Source of the DNA: Mycobacterium sp.
GTDB lineage: Bacteria; Actinomycetota; Actinomycetes; Mycobacteriales; Mycobacteriaceae
Assembly: GCA_032159775.1 (NCBI GenBank)
Contig: JAVHWK010000018.1
DNA length: 64,000 nt
Strand: one strand, 5' to 3'
Each line of letters begins with the position of its first letter. Positions within the stretch are counted from its first letter, which is position 1. A program made the position numbers and the translations under genes. The notes beneath the pieces were generated by a model. That model searched no databases. It was not told the DNA's origin and saw only the letters and a list, made by a program, of their open reading frames with translations. This document shows, in pieces, positions 19,531 through 27,154 of this stretch.

Positions 19531-20397
19531 ATGCGAGTTGGAGTGACGTTCCCGCAGACGGAACTCGGTGGCGACCCCGGCGCGGTGCGCGCCTACGGCG
19601 AACGCGTCGAGGAGCTCGGCTTCAGTCACATCCTCGTCTACGACCACGTCGTCGGCGCGGACCCGGCGGTGCACGAGGGGTGGAACGGCCCCTACGACGT
19701 GCACACCACATTCCATGAACCGTTCGTGATGTTCGGCTATCTGGCCGGCGTCACGCGGGCGCTCGAGCTCGTCACCGGGGTCATCATCCTGCCTCAGCGC
19801 CAGACGACCTTGGTCGCAAAACAGGCGGCCGAGGTCGATCTTCTCAGCGACGGTCGGTTCCGCCTCGGCATCGGCGTCGGCTGGAACGCCGTCGAGTACG
19901 AGGCCCTCGGCGAGGACTTCGGCAATCGCGGCAAGAGGTCCGCCGAGCAGATCGGATTGTTGCGCAGGCTGTGGACCGAGCAGTCGGTGACCTTCGCCGG
20001 CGACTTTCACACGGTGACCGGCGCCGGTATCGCACCCCTGCCGGTGCAGCGTCCGATTCCGGTGTGGGTTGGGGCAGCGTCGCCACCGGGCTACAAACGC
20101 GCCGGGCGGCTTGCCGACGGTTGGTTTCCGATGATGACACCGGGGCCAGCTCTCGACGAGGCCCGCACCGTCGTCGAGACCGCTGCCGCCGAGGCGGGAC
20201 GAGATCCCTCAACGATAGGCATGGAGGGCCGTGTGGATTGGCGCGGCGACGGTGATGCGGTGGCCGATCAACTCACACAGTGGGAGAAATCCGGCGCGAC
20301 CCATGTGTCGGTCAACACGATGGGTGCGGGGCTGAAGACGGTCGACGAACACCTGGCGGTGCTGGCGCGGGTCGCAGAAACGTTTCCCCTGCGTTGA
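19531..20397 (+). CDS. LLM-class (luciferase-like) F420-dependent oxidoreductase
   Basis: MRVGVTFPQTELGGDPGAVRAYGERVEELGFSHILVYDHV... is the typical TIGR03619-like N-terminus. GAGGGA SD before ATG 19531. The track start 19420 is rejected. Confidence 0.85.
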   Translation: MRVGVTFPQTELGGDPGAVRAYGERVEELGFSHILVYDHVVGADPAVHEGWNGPYDVHTTFHEPFVMFGYLAGVTRALELVTGVIILPQRQTTLVAKQAAEVDLLSDGRFRLGIGVGWNAVEYEALGEDFGNRGKRSAEQIGLLRRLWTEQSVTFAGDFHTVTGAGIAPLPVQRPIPVWVGAASPPGYKRAGRLADGWFPMMTPGPALDEARTVVETAAAEAGRDPSTIGMEGRVDWRGDGDAVADQLTQWEKSGATHVSVNTMGAGLKTVDEHLAVLARVAETFPLR

Positions 20398-20439
20398 GAT
20401 TCAGTTGAGATTCAGGATGCTGAAAGTGCCCCGCGCCGC

Positions 20440-20898
20440 TCAGAAGAACGTGCTGGTGTTGGTAACAGTGCCGTTATCGCACGTGATGTCTACCGGCCGA
20501 TCCCTGAACTCCGGAATCGCGGGAACGATCCGCAGGTCGTATGTCCCGTTGGCCGGCAAGAAAAAGCTGCGTGTGTAGAAGTCCGACTTGTACTCGCACT
20601 GTGCGGCAACACCGCTGCGGTCATTGACATGGGCCACGACGCCACCGATTACGGGGTCGAACGACACGCCCGGCCCCGGCTTCTGAAGCTGCGCCCCTGG
20701 CTTGTCCAAGTCGACTTCGAAGTACGGCAGAAGGAGGGTGGCTGGAGGGACACAATCGGGCTGCACAGCGGGGTCGCACGCCGGTTCGGCGGGCATCGAC
20801 GGGAGCCCCTGCGCTACTGGGGGACCGGCAAGCAAGCCAATCGGGCCCAGCGCCGCTAATCCCGCACCGACAAACCATTTCCTCAATGTTGACTCCAT
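20440..20898 (-). CDS. Secreted protein, 4+ Cys, function unknown
   Basis: ATG 20898 has a GGGAGG SD. MESTLRKWFVGAGLAALGPIGLLAGPPVAQG is a signal peptide. The longer 279-aa track ORF is rejected. Confidence 0.7.
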   Translation of the reverse strand: MESTLRKWFVGAGLAALGPIGLLAGPPVAQGLPSMPAEPACDPAVQPDCVPPATLLLPYFEVDLDKPGAQLQKPGPGVSFDPVIGGVVAHVNDRSGVAAQCEYKSDFYTRSFFLPANGTYDLRIVPAIPEFRDRPVDITCDNGTVTNTSTFF

Positions 20899-21184
20899 GG
20901 CAACCTCCCTACCTTGCGATCGCCGTCTTGACGGCGACCTGGGCTCCGGCCAGTAGATTGAGCGCAGCATAACTTCGTCATGACAGCATCGAGGAACATC
21001 AGCAAACGAATTTGACGACGATTGCGAACGAAAGCAAAACTTCTGCAGCAAAATTTGACGAGATCGGCAAAACACGAGGTCACAGGTGGGCCTGATGCGA
21101 CTATCGAAATCTCCAGCAAGCTCAAATTGGTACCACCGCCCAGTGAAGGGCGGCATCGGCTGAATCCGCCAGCCATCGCTCTTG

Positions 21185-21233
21185 CCGTCAAGGGAAACTT
21201 GACGGACTAAGCCCGTCAAGGTTTCCTTGACGC
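21185..21233 (+). promoter_or_regulatory. Array of four alternating 8-mers (CCGTCAAG / CTTGACGG) ending 1 nt before the C45 gene ATG; two hairpins or one competing middle hairpin
   Basis: CCGTCAAG 21185-92, ggaaa, CTTGACGG 21198-205, actaagc, CCGTCAAG 21213-20, gtttc, CTTGACGc 21226-33, then ATG 21234. All arms were read directly from the sequence. Confidence 0.45.
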
Positions 21234-22349
21234 ATGACCGCCATCGTCGCGACTGCATCGCCCCTGCCACTTCCCGCACCCGCGAGCGTCTGGCGGGAGT
21301 GGGTCACTTACGGGTTGAGCTGGGCGGCAGCCTCGCCGGTCACCGAACAGGCGGCCCGTCCCGCCGAGGTCGACGACGGCCGCTTCATGACGGTGCACGC
21401 CTACCGGGAAACCACACCCGGGCCCCGTTGGCGGGCGTTGTTCGACGCGACCTGGCGGGCCTACCGCAGCTGGTACACCCGCGACGGGCTGGCCGCGCGG
21501 CCATCGCTGTCGGAATGTCGCGATGCGCTCGCCCGATACATGCCCGAACTGATCCCGACCTGGGAGCAGCTCTGCCGCCTCAGCGGAGATGAGCCCGTCG
21601 CCGCCCGGATGCTGTCGATGTGGCGACTGCCCGCGTTCGCGGTCGGCTGCTCTCAAGCCGTGCTGCCGGGCGAGCAGCCGACCCTGGTGCGCAACTACGA
21701 CTACGACCAAGCACTTTTCGAAGCGGTGGTCGCGTCCACTGATTACTCCGGACGCCGCCGGGTGATCGGCACCAGCGACATGCTCTGGGGACTGCTGGAC
21801 GGAATGAACGACGACGGGCTGGCGGTCTCGCTCACCTTCGGCGGCCGCCCCGATGTGGGCGACGGCTTCGGAATCCCGATCGTGCTGCGCTATGTCCTGG
21901 AGACCTGCGCAACCGTCGAGCAGGCGGTCGACGCACTCCGGCGGATCCCCGTCTCGCAGTCCTACAACGTCGCCGTGGTCGACCGCGCGGGCGACCACGC
22001 GACCGTCTTCGTCGCGCCAGGGCAACCTGCCGAGGTGAGCGAGCTCCCCGCGACCACCAACCACCGGCTCGATCAGATCGAGCATCCGACTCACGCCGCC
22101 CGCTTCAACAGTGCCGGACGACTGACCGAATTGAACGAATTACTCAGCGGCACACCATCGAGCAGGCAATTGGTCTCGGCAATGCTGGTGCCCCCACTCC
22201 GCAACGATCAGTTCGAGGCCGGCTTCGGCACGCTGTACACCGCCGAATACCGACCAGCCGCCGGCGTCGCCACCTGGCACTGGCCCGAGACGTCGTGGAC
22301 GCGAGGATTCGACGACCCGGATGACATTCGCAAGGTCCGGTTGGGATGA
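21234..22349 (+). CDS. C45-family Ntn-hydrolase / acyl-CoA:6-APA acyltransferase-like protein
   Basis: FAVGCSQAVL...LVRNYDY...GMNDDGLAVSL...GIPIVLRYVLE...SYNVAVVD pattern of peptidase family C45, with the Cys nucleophile after Gly. Confidence 0.8.
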   Translation: MTAIVATASPLPLPAPASVWREWVTYGLSWAAASPVTEQAARPAEVDDGRFMTVHAYRETTPGPRWRALFDATWRAYRSWYTRDGLAARPSLSECRDALARYMPELIPTWEQLCRLSGDEPVAARMLSMWRLPAFAVGCSQAVLPGEQPTLVRNYDYDQALFEAVVASTDYSGRRRVIGTSDMLWGLLDGMNDDGLAVSLTFGGRPDVGDGFGIPIVLRYVLETCATVEQAVDALRRIPVSQSYNVAVVDRAGDHATVFVAPGQPAEVSELPATTNHRLDQIEHPTHAARFNSAGRLTELNELLSGTPSSRQLVSAMLVPPLRNDQFEAGFGTLYTAEYRPAAGVATWHWPETSWTRGFDDPDDIRKVRLG

Positions 22350-22570
22350 ACCGAGACCCGAGCGACATAGAGGCCGAAGTTCGCACGCTGCTCGGAGCGC
22401 TCGCCGCGGACAACGACCCGGCGGCGTTCCAAGCTCTGCTCGCGCTCAGCGGTTACCTCGGCGAGTGCCTGGGACGGTCAGCCCGAACCCTGGCCGAATC
22501 CCAGTCGTGGGGTGATGTCGCGGGTGTCGCAGGCACTACCAAGCAAGCGGCGTGGTCAAGGTGGCACTAG
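22346..22570 (+). CDS. Small helix-turn-helix protein (74 aa)
   Basis: ATGA overlap with the C45 gene. The C-terminal SWGDVAGVAGTTKQAAWSRW resembles the SW..IA..LG.S.QAA.QR(F/W) HTH motif. Confidence 0.55.
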   Translation: MNRDPSDIEAEVRTLLGALAADNDPAAFQALLALSGYLGECLGRSARTLAESQSWGDVAGVAGTTKQAAWSRWH

Positions 22571-22715
22571 TCGGCCGGTGCCGAGAAACGGGTCGATATG
22601 GGCAAAAACCCATGTCAAACCACATGCAAAATCTGTTCCGTCGGTCATGACACCTGAGTAACGTGACTCAGATCACAGTCTTTGCACTCTTCTCACCGGA
22701 TAAGAGGTACCGACC

Positions 22716-24047
22716 ATGACGACGACTGAGCATGCCGATCAGCCCGCCGACACACCGGCCGCTGCCACGGCGAAATCTGGGCTGGTCTATCCGGGGATGG
22801 GCCTGCTGTTCGTCGTCCTCATCAGCTGCTTCACCGCATGGGGCATCGCCGCCGACCTCACCACGCCGATGGTCGCGGGCTTCAAGCGCATCTTCGAGAT
22901 GAACACCTTCCAGGCTTCGCTGGTGCAGCTGGCGTACTTCGGGGCGTACTTCCTGCTGGCGATCCCCGCAGCGCTAATCAATCAGCGGTTCGGCTATAAG
23001 GCCGGGCTGCTCTCCGGTGTACTTCTCGCCGCCGCAGGCGCAATCGCGTTCTATCCGGCCAGCAAGATCATGACCTACGAGGCGTTCCTGGTCGCTCTGT
23101 TCGCGATCGCCGCCGGGTGTTCGATTCTCGAGACGTCCGCCAATCCCTACGTGCTTTCGCTCGGCCCGGAAGAAACCGCGACCCGCAGGCTCAACTTCGC
23201 GCAGGCCTTCAACCCTGTCGGCACGAACATCGGTGTGCTTCTGGCCGCCACCCTCATCCTGCCGAAATTGGACGAGCCGGTGAACATGGCCAACGTGACG
23301 CCGGCCCAGGAGACGGCCGTACGCGCGGGCCAGTTGGGCGCGGTGATGGGTCCATATCTGGGCCTCGGCTTCGTCCTCATCGCGATCGGGCTGGTGATCG
23401 CGATCAAGAAGTCCCCGCCGATCGTCGAGGAGTTCCCCGACGCTGACATGGCGGGCCAGTCGCCCCTGAAAATCTTGATGTCGAACAAGCGGTACGTCTT
23501 CGGAGTCGTCGCGCAGTTCTTCAACGTCGCCGCGCAGGTGTGCACGTGGACGTACCTCATCCAGTACTCGCAGCAGGCGCTGAACGGGTCACTCCAGCTG
23601 GGTGGGTACCTGCTGCAGGTCAGCCTGATCATATTCCTCATATCGAGGTTCTTCATGACGTGGCTGATCGGGAAGATCCGCGCGACGAAGGTCCTCTCGG
23701 TCCTCGCCGTGCTGGCCGTCGCGCTGTGTGTGTTTGCGATGTTCTCGCCCAACGTGGCCGGGGTGGCCGCCGTTGTCGCGCTTTCGTTCTGCCTGTCCCT
23801 GATGTTCCCGACGATCTACGGTGTCGCCCTCCAAGGCCTCGGTCCGGCAACGAAGTTCGGCGCCGCCGGACTCGTGATGGCCATCGTCGGCGGCGCGATC
23901 ATGCCGTTGATCCAGGGCTATCTGCTCGACAAGACGAGCCCGGCGATCTCGTTCATCGTGCCCGCCGTCTGCTTCGCCGTCGTCGCCAGTTTCGCCGTCT
24001 TCGACCTGAAGGCGTCGCCCCACAAGGTTGGAGAACGAACAGCATGA
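22716..24047 (+). CDS. MFS sugar:H+ symporter, FucP / glucose-galactose transporter family
   Basis: 443 aa, 12 TM, with the FucP-family N-terminal pattern (FQASLVQLAYFGAYFLLAIPAALINQRFGYKAGLL, ETSANPYV). Confidence 0.85.
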   Translation: MTTTEHADQPADTPAAATAKSGLVYPGMGLLFVVLISCFTAWGIAADLTTPMVAGFKRIFEMNTFQASLVQLAYFGAYFLLAIPAALINQRFGYKAGLLSGVLLAAAGAIAFYPASKIMTYEAFLVALFAIAAGCSILETSANPYVLSLGPEETATRRLNFAQAFNPVGTNIGVLLAATLILPKLDEPVNMANVTPAQETAVRAGQLGAVMGPYLGLGFVLIAIGLVIAIKKSPPIVEEFPDADMAGQSPLKILMSNKRYVFGVVAQFFNVAAQVCTWTYLIQYSQQALNGSLQLGGYLLQVSLIIFLISRFFMTWLIGKIRATKVLSVLAVLAVALCVFAMFSPNVAGVAAVVALSFCLSLMFPTIYGVALQGLGPATKFGAAGLVMAIVGGAIMPLIQGYLLDKTSPAISFIVPAVCFAVVASFAVFDLKASPHKVGERTA

Positions 24048-25315
24048 AGCGTTTGTGGATCATCGCGCTGGTCTTCGTCCTTGCGGCATGCGGTGGCGGC
24101 GGGCAGAAGGCCAACTTCTCGGACCCGACCGACCGGCTCGAAGTCGTGTCATGGTGGGTGTCCCCCTCGGAGCACCCGGCGTTCGAGGTGCTGCTCAACG
24201 CCTTCAAGGCGGAAAATCCCGACGTGGAGGTCACCGACGGCACCATCACCGGCGGCGGTGGGAGCAACGTCCAGGTCGCGCTGGCCGCCCGCCTGCAGGC
24301 GGGCAATCCGCCCGATGTATGGCAGACGTTCCTGGGAAGCTCCCTGCGTGCCTGGGTCGACGCCGATCGCATCGCCGACGTATCGGGCGTCTACGAAAGC
24401 TCGGGTCTGGACAAGACGATGCCGCAGGCACTCCTGGACGCAGCGACCTATCGCGTCAAAGCCTGGGGTGTGCCGACCGGGTCGCACCGTGGAAATGTGT
24501 TGTGGTTCAACCAGCGGATGCTGCGGGACGCCGGTGTGAAGGCGCCCGGACCCGGCTATACGACCGCGGCGTTCGAAGCGGACTTGGCGAAGGTGGCGGC
24601 AAGCGGCAAGACCGCGTTGTGCCTCGGCGGCAAGGACAGGTTCACCGCGACAGAACTGTTCGAGAACACACTGCTCGGCGTGATCGGCACCGATGGGTGG
24701 GCCAAGATTCGGGACGATTCCTTCGACTGGAGGGGATCTCAGCTCCGACAATCCCTTTCGCAGTTCGCGAAGATCGTTTCCCTGGCTGACCCGAACGCGG
24801 GCGGGCTGACATGGGATCAGGCTGCGAAGAAGCTGGCCACCGGTCAGTGCGCATTCCTGTCGATGAACGACTCCGTATACGGCGAACTCGTCGCGAACCG
24901 GTCGGTCGAGGGCCAGGACTTCGGGTATGTGCCGTATCCCGGAACCACGGGCGCATACCTGGCGATCGTCGATACGTTCGTGGTGTCGTCGGCCGCCACA
25001 GACGGCGTGAACGCCATGAAGTTCATGACGACCATCGCGGACCCTAAGACATCGCTGGAGTTCAACAAACTGAAGGGGTCCGTACCGATTCGCAACGACG
25101 TCGACGTGTCATCGCTGCCCGCCTATCAACGGCAAGCGTCGGAGTCGTTGTGGAAGGACAAGATCTTGCTGTCGATCACCCACGGCGAATTGATGTCGAC
25201 CGACTTCCAGCAGGCCGTTTACGATGCGGTCTCCACCTTCGTCCAGAGCAAGAACACCGACGCATTCATCGACACGCTGCAGAACTCCATCGAGGTGCCA
25301 ATTGTCGGACGATGA
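24044..25315 (+). CDS. ABC-type carbohydrate solute-binding lipoprotein (family-1 SBP), orphan
   Basis: ATG 24044 overlaps the MFS stop (ATGA). MKRLWIIALVFVLAACGGG is a lipobox. LEVVSWWVSPSEHPAFEVLLNAFKAENPDVEV...NPPDVWQ is typical of sugar SBPs. The upstream extension in the track (23540) is rejected. Confidence 0.85.
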   Translation: MKRLWIIALVFVLAACGGGGQKANFSDPTDRLEVVSWWVSPSEHPAFEVLLNAFKAENPDVEVTDGTITGGGGSNVQVALAARLQAGNPPDVWQTFLGSSLRAWVDADRIADVSGVYESSGLDKTMPQALLDAATYRVKAWGVPTGSHRGNVLWFNQRMLRDAGVKAPGPGYTTAAFEADLAKVAASGKTALCLGGKDRFTATELFENTLLGVIGTDGWAKIRDDSFDWRGSQLRQSLSQFAKIVSLADPNAGGLTWDQAAKKLATGQCAFLSMNDSVYGELVANRSVEGQDFGYVPYPGTTGAYLAIVDTFVVSSAATDGVNAMKFMTTIADPKTSLEFNKLKGSVPIRNDVDVSSLPAYQRQASESLWKDKILLSITHGELMSTDFQQAVYDAVSTFVQSKNTDAFIDTLQNSIEVPIVGR

Positions 25316-25619
25316 CCGCGACGGGCAGGACGGACCGCTGTACCTGGTCGTCACCATCAAACCGCGGCTCGACCGCCTCGCCGAGGCCGAAGCCCAGCTG
25401 CAGTCGATGCGTGAGAACACGCTGACCGAGCCGGGATGTGTGTTCATGCATTTCCTTGCGCCACAGGATGACTCGGACACCTGGATGATGCTCGAGAAGT
25501 TCCGTTCGCGGGCCGCCTGGGACGAACACATGCGACAGCCCTACAACACCGAGGGAAACAAGATTCTCGAAGACCTGCTCCGCGAGCCATCCGACCTTCG
25601 GTTGCTCCGCGAGAAGTAA
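25302..25619 (+). CDS. ABM-domain (YgiN-like) monooxygenase
   Basis: LYLVVTIKPRLDRLAEAEAQL...GCVFMHFLAPQDDSDTWMMLEKFRSRAAWDEHM fits the ABM fold pattern. The TTG 25302 start is preceded by GAGGTG; the start is uncertain. Confidence 0.65.
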   Translation: MSDDDRDGQDGPLYLVVTIKPRLDRLAEAEAQLQSMRENTLTEPGCVFMHFLAPQDDSDTWMMLEKFRSRAAWDEHMRQPYNTEGNKILEDLLREPSDLRLLREK

Positions 25620-25643
25620 GCGCCTTCTATCTGGAGGTCAACC

Positions 25644-27134
25644 ATGAACGAGCTCAGAGAATCAACGCTTGCGACACTGCCGTCGAACGTCGCAACACCT
25701 TCCTACGACCGAACCCACCTCAAACGCGGCATCGCCCACTTCGGTGTCGGCAACTTTCACCGTGCTCATCAGGCGTTCTACGTCGATCGATGTCTTGCTC
25801 TACCGGACCAAAGCGATTGGGGCATCGTCGGTATCGGCCTCGCAGGCGGCGAACGGGGCCGCAAGAAAGCCGATCAGTTCCGGTCACAGGACTGTCTGTA
25901 TTCCCTCACGGTCGCACCGGCCAAAGGCGATACGAGCGTGCGCGTCATCGGCGCTCAGCTCGACTACCTGCTCGCGCCCGAGCAGCCTGCCGAGGTACTC
26001 GAGTTGTTGACCGACCCGGCGCTTCGCATCGTGACGCTCACGATCACAGAGGGCGGCTACCACGTCGACCCGGAATCGGGTGTGTTCCTCACCGGCCATC
26101 CCGACGTTGCGCACGACCTGTCCGGCGACGGTGATCCACGCACGGTGTTCGGCTTCGTCACTGAGGCCTTGGCGCGGCGACGCTCGGCGGGGACGAAACC
26201 CTTCACCGTCGTGTCGTGTGACAACCTGCGCCACAACGGCGAAGTCGCGCGCGCCGCCTTCGTCGGTTTCGCCAGCGCGCTGGACCAAGAACTCGGCGCA
26301 TGGATCGATTCCACCGTGATGTTCCCGAACTCGCTCGTCGACCGCATCACCCCGTCGGTGACAGCACAGGACGTTGCGCGCCTCAACGCAGCAAGTGGCT
26401 TGGCCGACCAGATACCCCTCGTCGCAGAAGATTTCAGCCAGTGGGTCATCGAGGACCGCTTCACCGACGGCCGCCCGGCACTCGAGGAGGTGGGCGTTGC
26501 GTTCAGTGACGAGGTGAAGCTGTGGGAGCAGGTGAAGGTCCGCGTTCTCAACGCGGGCCACCTGACGCTCACCTACCCCGCTCTGCTGCTCGGTTATCGC
26601 GAGGTCGCCGAGGCTATGCGCGATAAACAGGTACCCGTACTGCTGGACCGTTTTCTGGACGCGGTCGTGCTGCCATTACTCGACGCGCCGCGCAATGTGG
26701 ACCTGGTGACGTATAAGAACAGAGTGCTCGAACGCTTCTCCAATGAAGCGATGCACGATCAGCTGACGCGTATCGCCTCCGATAGTGCTTCGAAGGTGAC
26801 GGTGTTCTTGACCACCACCCTGCAACAGGTGCTCGAGCGCGGTACAGACCATCGAATCCCGGCGTTCGTTCTCGCTTCGTGGAGCTGCGTACTACTGGGC
26901 AAGGATGACGACGGCAAGCACTTCGAAGTAACCGAGCCGCGCCTCGACGAGACCGCCCGTCGGCTTCTGATTTCGGGCGACCCGTACGAAGCGCTGTGCA
27001 TCGAGCCGCTGCTGGCAAGCGGTGTCGCCGAGCACGCCGACTTCGTCGCCACCTTCGACCACTACCGCAAAGCGCTTGCGGAGCAAGGTGCGCAAGCCAC
27101 GCTCAAGACTCTCCTGGACGCCACCGCAGGCTGA
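25644..27134 (+). CDS. Mannitol dehydrogenase-family polyol/hexuronate oxidoreductase
   Basis: GIAHFGVGNFHRAHQAFYVD, TITEGGY, VVSCDNLRHNG and FPNSLVDRITP are family signatures. Confidence 0.9.
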   Translation: MNELRESTLATLPSNVATPSYDRTHLKRGIAHFGVGNFHRAHQAFYVDRCLALPDQSDWGIVGIGLAGGERGRKKADQFRSQDCLYSLTVAPAKGDTSVRVIGAQLDYLLAPEQPAEVLELLTDPALRIVTLTITEGGYHVDPESGVFLTGHPDVAHDLSGDGDPRTVFGFVTEALARRRSAGTKPFTVVSCDNLRHNGEVARAAFVGFASALDQELGAWIDSTVMFPNSLVDRITPSVTAQDVARLNAASGLADQIPLVAEDFSQWVIEDRFTDGRPALEEVGVAFSDEVKLWEQVKVRVLNAGHLTLTYPALLLGYREVAEAMRDKQVPVLLDRFLDAVVLPLLDAPRNVDLVTYKNRVLERFSNEAMHDQLTRIASDSASKVTVFLTTTLQQVLERGTDHRIPAFVLASWSCVLLGKDDDGKHFEVTEPRLDETARRLLISGDPYEALCIEPLLASGVAEHADFVATFDHYRKALAEQGAQATLKTLLDATAG

Positions 27135-27154
27135 CGCCGGACCGCTTACACAGC

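Noticed and set aside
23540-24043. The upstream extension of the solute-binding protein ORF
   Set aside because: It overlaps the MFS gene in another frame. The lipoprotein signal peptide begins at ATG 24044.
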